Assembly (NCBI GenBank): GCA_032718475.1
Contig: JAUCBJ010006520.1
Location: 22,248-86,247 of the forward strand
DNA: 64,000 bases
Source of the DNA: Nemertoderma westbladi
Taxonomy: Eukaryota > Animalia > Xenacoelomorpha
Reading direction: 5' to 3'
Shown here: piece by piece, positions 24,158 through 36,145 of the stretch
Numbering within the stretch: position 1 is the stretch's first letter
How the letters are laid out: each line of letters starts with the position of its first letter
The notes under the pieces: generated by a model
Told to the model about the DNA's origin: nothing
The model's input: only the letters and a program-made list of their open reading frames with translations
Database searches by the model: none
Program-made: the position numbers and the translations under genes

Positions 24158-24898
24158 TGCGCAAACTTTTCGTAATCTCAAATTGTATTATAATCAAACA
24201 ATGAATAATATAAAATGCATAGTCTCCATATTCGCCATGCATTAAATAAATTTTGTATATTTAGCATTAAAAAAGTGTTATAAACAAGCTGGAGACAAAT
24301 TATTTATATATACATTTTAAGGTAATAAATTTATGTCAAGGTTTTAAATGCTTCAGATGTTATGTCCGCAATAAATTACTGTGGTTTCCATGAATACGGG
24401 TATTTGTTGCTAACCATACTTGTACACAAAATTGATGTGGTGCATATTAATTAGGGAAACATATATTAATAAAGTGCACAAACGAAACAAAAAAACACAT
24501 GAGGGTCAATAAGCTTAAAAGTGGCCAATGGTTTGTCCGGAAGTTACGATATAATTTTAAATGCTTTAATTTATTCGTATTTAATAAAGTTATATATTAT
24601 TTTGTAGCTAATTTATTTGCGCAGCTTACGCACTAAAAATTATCAAAATCTGTTAAGGCAGTCAAAAGATATGCCCCATCAAAGACTGAAATATCGTGAA
24701 AATCAGTTGTCCCTTACATGACAAGACCACAAACAACTGTAAATTTTATCACTCCAAGTGGCAAATATATAGGAAACCTATATATTGTTGGGAAGCTTAG
24801 ATGTTTTGCTTTCTTTTCCGATATATTTCAGGCCATAATATTCATGTTGAACCATTTGAGATCGATACATAAAATGGGCATGGATTTTTCTATTTTTG

Positions 24899-27725
24899 TG
24901 TCACATCTGTAACATTTACGTCTAGAATCTGAAGTAGTAACTGCAGGTTTACAGTTTTGATATATTTAGAATCTACAGGGTTTCTAGTATATATAGGCCA
25001 AATATCACATACAAAGGACAAGGTCATCTCATTTGGGAAGTATTTATGTTTAACAAAGTCAATATTGAAAGCATAAACGTCCATATCTGTAACGCTACAA
25101 ATGTGGCCATATATTTTGATAATATTAATCTCATACAAGTATAATGGTACGTGTGGAAAGGCAATTTGAATTTATGCCGCATTAACCCCAAGAGTTAATG
25201 TGATAAATAAACACCTAGAATGTATGGCGGTGGTAAGCGTTTTTGTCAACCATCTGTAACGCGTCACCGTTACAGTGCAGTGCGTTACAGATAAGGCATG
25301 TCTCATCTGTAACGCATTATATAACCAGTTATCGATGCGTTACAGACTGTAGGTTTTCAGTCATATCTATATGACAGTCCTATCTGTAACGGAGTGTCAT
25401 CTTGAAATACAATAAGGCATCACTGACAATATTTGAATGTCTACGCGTGTGATACGTTATTCGTCTTCCTACTGACATCCTAACTGCTCATGGTAATGTG
25501 GTAGTGTAAGATGGGTAAGTGTAAAACGCGGAACCGGATGCAGGATCCGGATCGGTTCTCGAATTTTGAGGTTAAAACGCGGATCCGGGTTTTCATGAAA
25601 TCCGGAAATGAGTGCAAAATGCGAATTCAAGCTAATTTTAATTCTCAAGTGTTACTGGATCCTCCCGTAAGGGGAGTAAAACACGGATTCATGTTTATCT
25701 CTATCCGGGAAGAGGTGATTGTGGATTCTGGGGAGTAAAGCGCAGATTCACTTCACATATGAAATTTTATGAATCCAGAGCTTCTGGGTCCGTGGTAAAT
25801 AATTTAGGAATTAATTGCAAATATATACAATCTCCATCTTATAAATTTTAAAAGTAGGCCTTTAAATAAAATGTGCTTTTTGCAGAATTTCGCTTTATTT
25901 CGTTTAGAATTGTAGAAGATACATTTCCTACAAACAGTGTTTTTTTTAACATACAATGGTAATGGTGAAAAATATCGAGACTTGAATAATATCGAGAGTA
26001 AAAATAACGAGAGTAAAAATATCGAGAGTAAAAATAACGAGTGTTGAAAATTAACGTGATTAAAAAATATCGAGAGTAAAAATAACACGAGATGAAAAAT
26101 ATCGAAAATAACGAGTGTTGAAAAATATCGAGTGTTGAAAAATATCGAGAGTAAAAATATCGAGTGTTGAAAAATATCGAGAGTAAAAATATCGAGTGTT
26201 GAAAAATATCGAGAGTAAAAATATCGAGTGTATATTGCAGTGCATGGGTTACAACAGTGCAAGTGAATGGCATTATGTACAGTAATACACCTTGGGTACC
26301 CATTTACCAGATTTATTATACTAGCTAGTTTTTGCTATTTTTTTAATAAATATTATAAAAGAAGTGCTAGCTATAAATTTTGATAAATATTATAAATATT
26401 GTTAAATATTATATTAGAACACGTACCTTATAAGCTACCAAATGTTGATAAATATTGTTGTTCTAGAACATTTTTAGTAAAAAAATTATCATACAACCCT
26501 TATTTAAAAAAATTGTTACTATCGATATTTTTACTCTCGATATTTTTCAACATTCTATATTTTTCAACACTCGATATTTTTACTCTCGATATTTTTCAAC
26601 ACTCGATATTTTTCAACACTCGATATTTTTCAACACTCGATATTTTTCAACACTCGACATTTTTCAACACTCGATATTTTTACTCTCGATATTTTTCAAC
26701 ACTCGATATTTTTACTCTCGATATTTTTCAACACTCGATATTTTTACTCTCGATATTTTTCAACACTCGATATTTTTACTCTCGATATTTTTCAACACTC
26801 GATATTTTTACTCTCGATATTTTTACTCTCGATATTTTTCAACACTCGGTATTTTTACTCTCGATATTTTTACCCTCGATATTTTTACTCTCGATATTTT
26901 TTGAACTCTCGATATTATCGTTATTTTTCACCACTCGATGTTTTTACTCGCGTTATTTTTACTCTCGATATTTTTCATGTCTCGATATTTTTCAATATAA
27001 CCCATACAATATATTGTACAGACGGTACTTTGCCCTGTTTCGTTTTGCGTTTTTCGTTATTAGGCTTCCCTGCATAGGCGCGTAATTTATTACAACAATG
27101 CTGATAGCAATGATCCTCATAGCATATAAAAGGCCTATGCCCTATATTTTACTATCAATTTCTAAATCATTGGCTTAACATCACTTAACGGACTTACATG
27201 ACGGACTTGTGCACTACTTATATTATTGTGATAAGTTTAGTCAGATCCGTTTATTGGATGTGGTAATAGACGTCTCTGAATCAGTTTCAGTTGCAGAGTA
27301 ACGCCAGGGAGCGGTTAAATAAGTACAGAGGAAAAATGGACCGCGGTTGTTATACAGAGTATTTTAAACAAGCATATAAAAAGCGGCGCGATAGAGAAAA
27401 TTTAACACGGGATAAAACAAATTGTGTAAAACAAGATTATCGGTTACACAGAAAAATGTTAATGAAAAACTTTTTCTATATTTATTGGAAATCATGTGCA
27501 TTAAGTACATATAATTTAATGGATGCGATGATTATGGGCAGATATCGCTGTTTGTTACAGATGTTTGTCCAATAAATTACCTTATTGTCGAAGCAATAAG
27601 TTATAAATACTGCAAAATCCATATAACATAATTACCGTTACAGATGGCCGTTACAGACGTTTGTCCCAAAAATGTCATCACTGTAATGCGTTACAGTGGT
27701 AGACAAAAACGTTACAGATATGACA
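24899..27725. mobile_element. TIR element nested in the Academ element (superfamily uncertain, possibly MULE-like)
   Basis: Imperfect TIRs TGTCACATCTGTAACATTT / AAACGTTACAGATATGACA; many internal CTGTAAC/GTTACAG motifs; possible degraded 9-10 bp TSD. Confidence 0.6.
25957..27003. mobile_element. Foldback-like element with inverted arms made of 15-16 bp subrepeats (AAAATATCGAGAGTA / AAAAATATCGAGTGTTG)
   Basis: Array at about 25965-26230 is mirrored by its reverse complement at about 26520-26995 around an AT-rich core. Confidence 0.8.
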
Positions 27726-28636
27726 TTAGTTTTTGCCATATATCTCCCTTTGAGCAGCGCGTCATGCTCTCCCTCTACCATCACAAGATTCGCCATGAAA
27801 TTATCTTTCGAATGGTGTATGGTATGGCACTAATTTCCGACAAAAAATTTTTGGTCAATTTGTACCCCTTTTTGGCCACTTTTAAGCTTATTGACCCATG
27901 AGTGTCAGTAGGCATAGTAGTTTTTCATTTGGAAAAATAGAGCGTTAGCTGTAGCCTTCGTTACCATAACAACACTTGAATAGTTTCTCTAAAATTTTCA
28001 TGTTCTCGATCAAAATTACAACCAGTTCAAGCCCAACAGTTAATCGCCATTCTGATCGCTTAAAAGCTTTTATAGAAATTACTGTAGTCCATAGAAACGG
28101 GTCATTAATTCATATTGCCCAAGGTGTCAAAGTCCATAAATCACTTTTTTATGTTAAGAGGGACCCCTAGACACCAAAACATCCAAAAAATGTAATCCGT
28201 CCAAAAATTTTCGGTTAGGCCAAAAAGAGGTACGTGGCTGCCGGACTAAATAGAATACAATACAAAAATATAATACAATTTTTGGCTGGAATAGATTTCA
28301 AAAAATAAAGTTAAAATTACCCGTAAATAGGACATAAGTTGATATAATTATTTATTGTGGTGTTTTCTTTATGTAAATATTGTTTTTAGATTGTTACTGG
28401 TCTAAATAATATTTATTTAGCCCGATATATTTTATTTTAGTGAATTAAGAAAACTGCCAAATATATCATACATATAGATACTGAATTGGGTCGAATGTCC
28501 AAATAAGACAAAGATCCGAATTAGACGATGATATAAAAGTGGTCAAAATGGCGACGTTTCGTCATGTCAGAAAGTTTTTGCAAAATGTGTGCTATAGCAG
28601 CAATAGCCCCTAACGCAGCCTTATGCTATATATAGC

Positions 28637-29607
28637 TTACGCTATACCTTACGCTATACCTTACGCTATACCTTACGCTATACCTTACGCTATACCTTAC
28701 GCTATACCTTACGCTTTCCCTTACGCTATACCTTACGCTATACCTTACGCTATACCTTACGCTATACCTTACGCTTTCCCTTACGCTATACCTTAAGCTA
28801 TACCTTACGCTATACCTTACGCTATACCTTACGCTATACCTTACGCTATACCTTACGCTATACCTTACGCTATACCTTACGCTATACCTTACGCTTTCCC
28901 TTACGCTATACCTTACGCTATACCTTACGCTATACCTTACGCTATACCTTACGCTATACCTTACGCTTTCCCTTACGCTATACCTTACGCTATACCTTAC
29001 GCTATACCTTACGCTATACCTTACGCTTTCCCTTACGCTATACCTTACGCTATACCTTACGCTATACCTTACGCTATACCTTACGCTATACCTTACGCTA
29101 TACCTTACGCTATACCTTCGCTATACCTTACGCTATACCTTACGCTATACCTTACGCTATACCTTACGCTATACCTTACGCTATACCTTACGCTTTCCCT
29201 TACGCTATACCTTACGCTATACCTTACGCTATACCTTACGCTATACCTTACGCTATACCTTACGCTATACCTTACGCTATACCTTCGCTATACCTTACGC
29301 TATACCTTACGCTATACCTTACGCTATACCTTACGCTTTCCCTTACGCTATACCTTACGCTATACCTTACGCTTTCCCTTACGCTATACCTTACGCTATA
29401 CCTTACGCTATACCTTACGCTATACCTTACGCTATACCTTACGCTATACCTTACGCTATACCTTCGCTATACCTTACGCTATACCTTACGCTATACCTTA
29501 CGCTATACCTTACGCTTTCCCTTACGCTATACCTTACGCTATACCTTACGCTACGCTATACCTTACGCTATACCTTACGCTATACCTTAAGCTATACCTT
29601 AAGCTAC
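28637..29607. repeat. 12-bp minisatellite (CCTTACGCTATA)n, about 80 copies
   Basis: Direct periodicity with CCTTACGCTTTC variants. Confidence 0.97.
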
Positions 29608-30105
29608 GGCTATATATATATATGTAATGTATTGATTACTTCTCTACAAACTTACATTATTAATAAATAAAACATAATATTAACATAAAATGTTTCTAGA
29701 GGGTAGAGTTAATAATGATGCAAAATTACAATGTATATTATATTGTATTAGTTTATAGTATGATCAGCGGCTTTTTCAAAATCAGCTTTGATTCAATAGT
29801 ATCGGAATTGCTTGTGAGTAGTTCCGCTTGAAGCCTTTCTTCTCTTTGGCTGCCGCTTGGATGCGGTTTGGCTTCCCGAATAACGATTCGAGGGGTAGTC
29901 GCAATCTGCTTGCAAGTGGCTTGTAAGCCACTTGCGAGCGGCTTAATTTGTATTAAGCGGACTGCAAGCGGATTGACAAGCCGCCTGAATTATGGTTAGT
30001 GAGAAGGTACCGTCCCGGTCCCTATTTCTGATGTTGCTATTATTCTCTCCATATTTTTGTACAAACACATTTGTTGCTGTTATATTTTACCCATATTTCT
30101 TACAG

Positions 30106-30315
30106 ATGCATCTATGGCGCGGTCTGTTCCCAATATACTACGAAGCTCCACGCGACCCGGAATGGGGCAACGACTTAGATAAGCGAGTTAACTTTGCGCT
30201 CGCCATCGGGAAGGCTAGACAGTTCCTGCACGTCGGAGACATTGTGGTCTGTGTGTCGGGTTGGAGACCCGGCAGTGGGTTCACCAACACTCTCAGGGTT
30301 ATGACTGTCGAGTAA
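30106..30315 (+). CDS. PK: Pyruvate kinase, terminal coding exon (MHLWRGLFP...GDIVVCVSGWRPGSGFTNTLRVMTVE*)
   Basis: HLxRGxFP and GWRPGSGFTNTxRV motifs of animal PK; acceptor cttaCAG, stop TAA. Confidence 0.97.
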   Translation: MHLWRGLFPIYYEAPRDPEWGNDLDKRVNFALAIGKARQFLHVGDIVVCVSGWRPGSGFTNTLRVMTVE

Positions 30316-30647
30316 TGCCGACCACGTGATCCCAAGCACGCGGGTCACGTGTCCCACGTCCCTCTCTGGTGGATATATCGGTACAGGTTGTAAGCTAAAT
30401 AGGCATTAACTGTGCGACCTACAATCCATACCTCTGTGTTTATCATTTAGGGACTAGTTTGTTTAAAAGTTTTGTTGTTTTACGTAGCTACCTAGTTGTG
30501 AAACAAAAGTCGACGGTATTCTGTGCTAAAATCATTTATTAATTGTTGATTTGCCCATTATTTATAATTTATACAGCCTCGCGTTTAATCAGACATCACA
30601 CGAGTAATAATTCTACAATTACAGTAAACCTTTAAATATGTTGTTAC

Positions 30648-30653
30648 AATAAA
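30648..30653 (+). promoter_or_regulatory. Candidate polyadenylation signal for PK
   Basis: AATAAA about 330 bp after the stop, followed by T-rich sequence; AT-rich context lowers specificity. Confidence 0.45.
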
Positions 30654-31591
30654 TGTTTTATTCTTTGCAATACTCATCATAGCCCAAAATATATTTAGTT
30701 CCTGGTGAATACAGGCCATATTTTACGCAGAGTAGCGTCGATATGTGAAGTTATAGACTAAGTAATTAAATTATAAGCATTTATTTTATGCACCCGTCAT
30801 GCACGAATATGTTTTGTAGTAAATTTCATACTAATGTACTACATAATGCTGCGCGTAGTGTTTAATTTAATTTATTGTGCGGGTCTTCTCTACTTAATGT
30901 GAATTAACAGTTTTCCTAGAATATATTTTGGTGTTTATTGCATTATAGTTTAATATATCCTGATATACAACAACACAAATCACAATATTTCAAGTTTTTA
31001 CCAAAATTCCTGACTAAATTCTGATCTAGTTCTGCCAAGGTGGTTGGTTAGGTCGAGAACAGATAAAAGAAAGACAGTGAAGAGCCATGGCCTGCAATTA
31101 GTAATAAATGACATTTTCTTCCACCTTTCTTCTGATGATAATAATTTCTGATTTTTAATGGGCTATTAAATTTTCACAATAATAGGTATAATATTCTGTA
31201 TATGTTCTTTATATATTATGTTTATCTCCCACCTGTTTCGTGATTTTCATTGCGGACCTGGCGTTAGCTCTACGACAATCGGTCAACTTTCTAAAATTCT
31301 TATTTTACGCAGCACGTCGTGGTTATTTATTCCCCAGACAAAGAAGGGATTCAACATGCTTTGAATATTTTACATAGATGGTGGTGTACAGAAAATACTA
31401 TGGAAGTAAACCTGGTTAAAACAAAAATAATAAAAAAATAAAATAAAAATAAGTAAAACGAAAAGCGGGACGATTAGCTCAATCCGACAAATTTACATTG
31501 GTGAAAATAATAATACAATATGTAACAGCTACGAATATTTAGGAGTAACATTACATTACAACCTTATCTATGGAACGCCAATAGCTTCATG

Positions 31592-32642
31592 ATGTTACTA
31601 GCAACTAATAGTTGGTAGCTACTTTTTAATTTGGTACAAAAAATTATCTACCATCTATTGAGCCAATACGACAAAAGTACCTATCAACTAGTTGATAGCT
31701 ACATTTTTGTTATTGGTCAGTTTATTATAGCCAATAGAAAAAATAATTTCCTATTTACTAATGATTATCTTATTATGCCTCTTGTACGTAGGAATGTAAA
31801 ATACATTTCTGAATAGCTCCTTGTATGTAGAGCAGAACAGCGTTATTTAATTATAAAATAAATTATGAAAAAAAAGTTCTAACCATCTAATTACCCAATA
31901 AGAGAAAAGGAGCTACCAACTACATGGTAGGTATTTTTTCTTATTGACTAAATATAATGGTAGGTACTTTATTCTTATTGGCTAATATCAACTGACCAAT
32001 AACAAAAATGAACCTACCAACTAGTTGGTAGGTACTTTTGTCCTATTGGTTAAGTAGATGGTAGGTACTTTTGTCCTATTGGTTAAGTAGATGGTAGGTA
32101 CTTTTGTCCTATTGGTTAACTAGATGGTAGGTACTTTTGTCCTATTGGTTAACTAGATGTTAGGTACTTTTTTCATATTGGCTAAAAGAAACTGACCAAT
32201 AACAAAAATGTAGCTACCAACTAGTTGATAGGTACTTTTGTCCTATTGGTTAAGTAGATGGTAGGTACTTTTGTCCTATTGGTTAAGTAGATGGTAGGTA
32301 CTTTTGTCCTATTGGTTAAGTAGATGGTAGGTACTTTTGTCCTATTGGTTAACTAGATGGTAGGTACTTTTTCATATTGGCTAAAAGAAACTGACCAATA
32401 ACAAAAATGTAGCTACCAACTAGTTGATAGGTACTTTTGTCCTATTGGTTAAATAGATGGTAGGTACTTTTGTCCTATTGGTTAACTAGATGGTAGGTAC
32501 TTTTTTCATATTGGCTAAAAGAAACTGACCAATAACAAAAATGTACCTACCAACTACTTGGTAGATACTTTTTTTCCTATTGGCTAAGAGAAACTGACCA
32601 ATAACAAAAATGTAGCTACCAACTATTAGTTAGTAGTAACAT
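31592..32642. mobile_element. Foldback/MITE-like element with 33-bp internal tandem subrepeats
   Basis: Terminal mirror GTTACTAGCAACTAATAGTTGGTAGCTAC / GTAGCTACCAACTATTAGTTAGTAGTAAC; right arm expanded by GGTAGGTACTTTTGTCCTATTGGTTAAGTAGAT repeats. Confidence 0.75.
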
Positions 32643-33254
32643 TATTGCCCTATTTACCCAACGCGTCAAAAACAAAAAGAAGAAAGAATGCATTATAACA
32701 TTATCGAGTATCTAAATAATCTCACCCAAGCCTCAATCGAATCTGAATACAAAATATTCAATATGAAAAGAAACCTCTAACTCTTTCTCACCTTAAAAGA
32801 ACTGGATAGGATTAAAACAATTTTTTTTACACGTATGATTTGTCTTCATAAATCTGCTCAATCCGACAAATTAATATAATATGGTGATATTGAAAAGTTC
32901 TGTCTATCTTGAAATTAGCCTAACAGAATAATCGCCATGTACCGGTATTAACCAGGGCATCAGCACATGGATTTCACCCCAAACCGTATCATCCAGTCCT
33001 ATATATAACCAGTAAACCCAGTCCTTTCATGATTTATGATTTAGAGAATGAAAATATTGTAGTGGTCCCCGTAAGCTAAGCTTGCTTACTCCACCTTACG
33101 CCAAGGCACCTCGAATACGTGTATATTATATGCTTGCCTAATTATTTATTAATTAACCTATAGCATTTACCTAAGCAGTGCAGCCACATCTCAATTCACA
33201 TTGCAATTCACAAATTGAATATTTCTTCCTAAAGGAAAAAGACAACTCCAGCTT

Positions 33255-33620
33255 ATCAAAGGTTACACAGGTTCAAAGCACCCACACATTGGTTCCACAA
33301 CCGGTTCAAATGTTCTTCCCGTGGTCAAAGCTTCCACAAAATGGGTCAAAGGTTCCACAACCTGGTCAAAGCTTCCACAAAATGGGTCAAAGCTTACACA
33401 AAATGGGTCAAAGGTTCCACAACCTGGTCAAAGCTTCCACAAAATGGGTCAAAATTTCCACACGGTGGTCAAAGGTTCTACACATTGGTCGAAGCTTCGA
33501 CAAAATGTGACAAAGGTTCCACACATTGGTCAAAGGTTCGACGACTGGGTCAAAGATTCTACAAAATGGTTAACAGGCTCCTTACCCTGCCTGATCAAAG
33601 TTTCCACAAAATGGCTCAAA
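33255..33620. repeat. Degenerate 20-21 bp tandem repeat (GGTCAAAGSTTCCACAA...)
   Basis: Recurrent GGTCAAAG core every 20-21 bp. Confidence 0.8.
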
Positions 33621-34183
33621 TGTTCTCTTTGCTGCTCCCCTTTACTAATACTAACTAATTTCCTTACTTCTAAAATCCTTAGTTCCAAATCCCAAATTCC
33701 TTAGTTCCAAATACCAAATTCCTTCCCAAACTATCTCCCGCTTCTCTCAATCCATCGAAACCTGAGAAGAAAGTCGCACCAATCGCTATACAACGGGTCA
33801 ACATTAATTAATAATAAGTGAATTGTTGTGTGGTGAGTGACGCGGTGTATTAAATATACAATATAAATATGACAATATGATAATGCTCTCCAAAGCGAAA
33901 ATTCACTATAAATTTCATTCAACTAAAATTCACCACAACAATTCACTTATTATTATTATTAATTAACAGCCTGGGCCAGGCATACGGGGTTACAGTGGTT
34001 TCTACAACACTGTATAATAGTTATTCTTTGAGGCATGGTTGCCATTTCTGGCAGAGCACGGGAATAACGAAAGTTGTACTTTCCTTTGAGTGATTGTATG
34101 GCCTTAATATGATCTCCCACTCCATAGCGAAATATTCATCCGGTCTGGTAGCTCAGTACACTCACCCGGCTGATGATAACCAG

Positions 34184-35306
34184 GGCCGAGTAACTCAAAA
34201 AATCTTGAGATTGACCTTGAAACTTGAGATTAATCTTGAATCTGTTTTACTACCATTCCTATCGGAAAAATGTCAAGGTCAACCTTAAGGTAGACTTCAG
34301 ATTTTCCTCAAGGTAAACTTGAAATTTCAATCTGGTAACACAACAAATCTTGACTTGAGTTGAAGTCAAGGTTCGAGATAAATTTCAAGGTAGCCGTGGA
34401 GGTACCTTCAAATTTTAAGTTATCTCAAATCATCGTTTTAGCTGTTACTGTTAGCCTACTGCTACCGGTACCACAAAAGAGCCATTTTTGCAGAATGCCC
34501 CCCACCCCGAAATGTTTTTGAACTTTGAAAGCAATTATCTTTGAATGACATTTTTTCACACGAAAAATACTATCGTTTTTTGTAATTTTATATTTTTTGG
34601 TAATTTCATAAGCTTAAGTAAATTTCGGCCAGTTTTCTTGATTACATAATATTTCTCCATTTTTTCCAATTATAAGTTAGAAAAAACATGGGATTTTTCT
34701 TTTTAATTTTAAATTTTTTTTACAAAATTGGCAATTATTAGATATAGAAAATTAAAACATAAAAAGTGGCCGAAAATATGATGAAAATGAGCATGCTGCT
34801 TTCAAAAAATGTGGTATCGAAAAATATCCCCCCCCCCCCCTTTAGTACTACATTGCTCACCCCCCACAGGCTACTGTAGTCGGTAAACTAACTACAGCTT
34901 TCTATACAACTGTTTATAAGTTCCGTGGTGTTGGTGTGTAGGCCTACTGTGTAGGTTTAGGGGTGGGTGTTGGTGTTATCGAAATTACCATTGCCAAAGT
35001 GTTGCAACAGTGTGTTTAACACCTGTATTCAATAGCCCAAACTAGTACCTAACTGTATACTGCAGGGATTATACAATGGGTTTCACTGCATAACCAAGGC
35101 AACTGCTGAAATAAACAAATATGTCGTCCATCTTTAATACTCAAGGTGAGCCTTGAAATTTCAAGTATAACCTTGACTAAGTATTGCTTTGAGTTACCCG
35201 CTTGACTGAAACTCAAGAAAATCTTAGTCAAGGTAAAACTTGAGTTTCAAGGAGACCTTGAAGTGGATTTCAAGGTCAATCACAAGATTGTTTGAGTTAC
35301 TCGGCC
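34184..35306. mobile_element. PIF/Harbinger-like MITE inserted in a tRNA-like sequence
   Basis: TIRs GGCCGAGTAACTCAAA / TTTGAGTTACTCGGCC with extended imperfect mirror; 3-bp TSD CAG on both sides. Confidence 0.8.
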
Positions 35307-36145
35307 CAGAAGTTTGAAACCTAGGGACCGGGTTCGAGCCCCAATAGGGCCGGTTGATATTTTTCGCTATGGAGAGCATTATCATATTGTGGGGCGAGCC
35401 ACGCATATCATATTGTCTTATTTACATTGTATATTTAAAACACTTAATTAATTACCTCGATAAAATAAATAACGCACGCATTAAAACGATGTTAGTTGTT
35501 AGGATTACAAATCGGCAAATATTAACCCGGTGCACCATAAACTCTGCTGGAACATTACATGAACTCGTGGAAGTTGTGAGATAAACTGTAATCACCCCCC
35601 CACAATCCATGTATAAATAAATTGTATTTTTATTACATCACATTTTTTTATATTTAACAATGATTTTTTTACTGTTTGCCATGATTGGGGGCGTATCTAT
35701 AATAATAAATAAATACAATAATACCAATAATACCCTATTCCTAACCGGTACTAAAAATTAGATGGGTGAGTAGAAAACAAAGACCCTATTATATAGACCT
35801 TCATAATCTTGTAATGTAACATGTCTTAACTTTCGTTTATTGTTTTGGTTCCCCCAACACGCCTCTGTAACCTGCTCCTTTACTAACCTGCTCCTTTAAA
35901 TTGCAATGGGTCCTAAAGCTGTTTGTCAACCAACGCGACTTTAACTCTTTGTTTTGTACAGAACGGGCAGTAAAGTCTTGGGTATTTGTTTTGTACTCAC
36001 CCAGTATTAGATTGTTATTCTGTGGGACAATTTGTTTCTGATCTAATACTCGTATCATATAATCATAGAGACTGCAGTTATAGTTGTTGTAGAAATACAA
36101 GCTGCAGTCTTATTGCTACAACTTGTACTTTTAAAATGTCCCGCT

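Larger units (their letters stand above)
21755..28248 (+). mobile_element. Degenerate Academ-superfamily DNA transposon in the last PK intron
   Basis: 15-bp perfect TIR TAGTCCGGCAGCCAC/GTGGCTGCCGGACTA extended by about 80 bp of imperfect mirror; 3-bp TSD AAT; internal broken ORFs with an XPG/FEN1-like motif and a Cys-rich tail. TAG termini, 3-4 bp TSD, XPG domain and Cys8 finger are the described Academ hallmarks. Confidence 0.8.

Noticed and set aside
25804-27085. Phe/Ile-rich ORFs resembling membrane proteins
   Set aside because: Translations of the foldback element's 15-16 bp subrepeats.
34139-35353. Functional tRNA gene
   Set aside because: Interrupted by a 1.1-kb MITE and lacks a proper D-arm and anticodon arm; treated as a tRNA-derived repeat.
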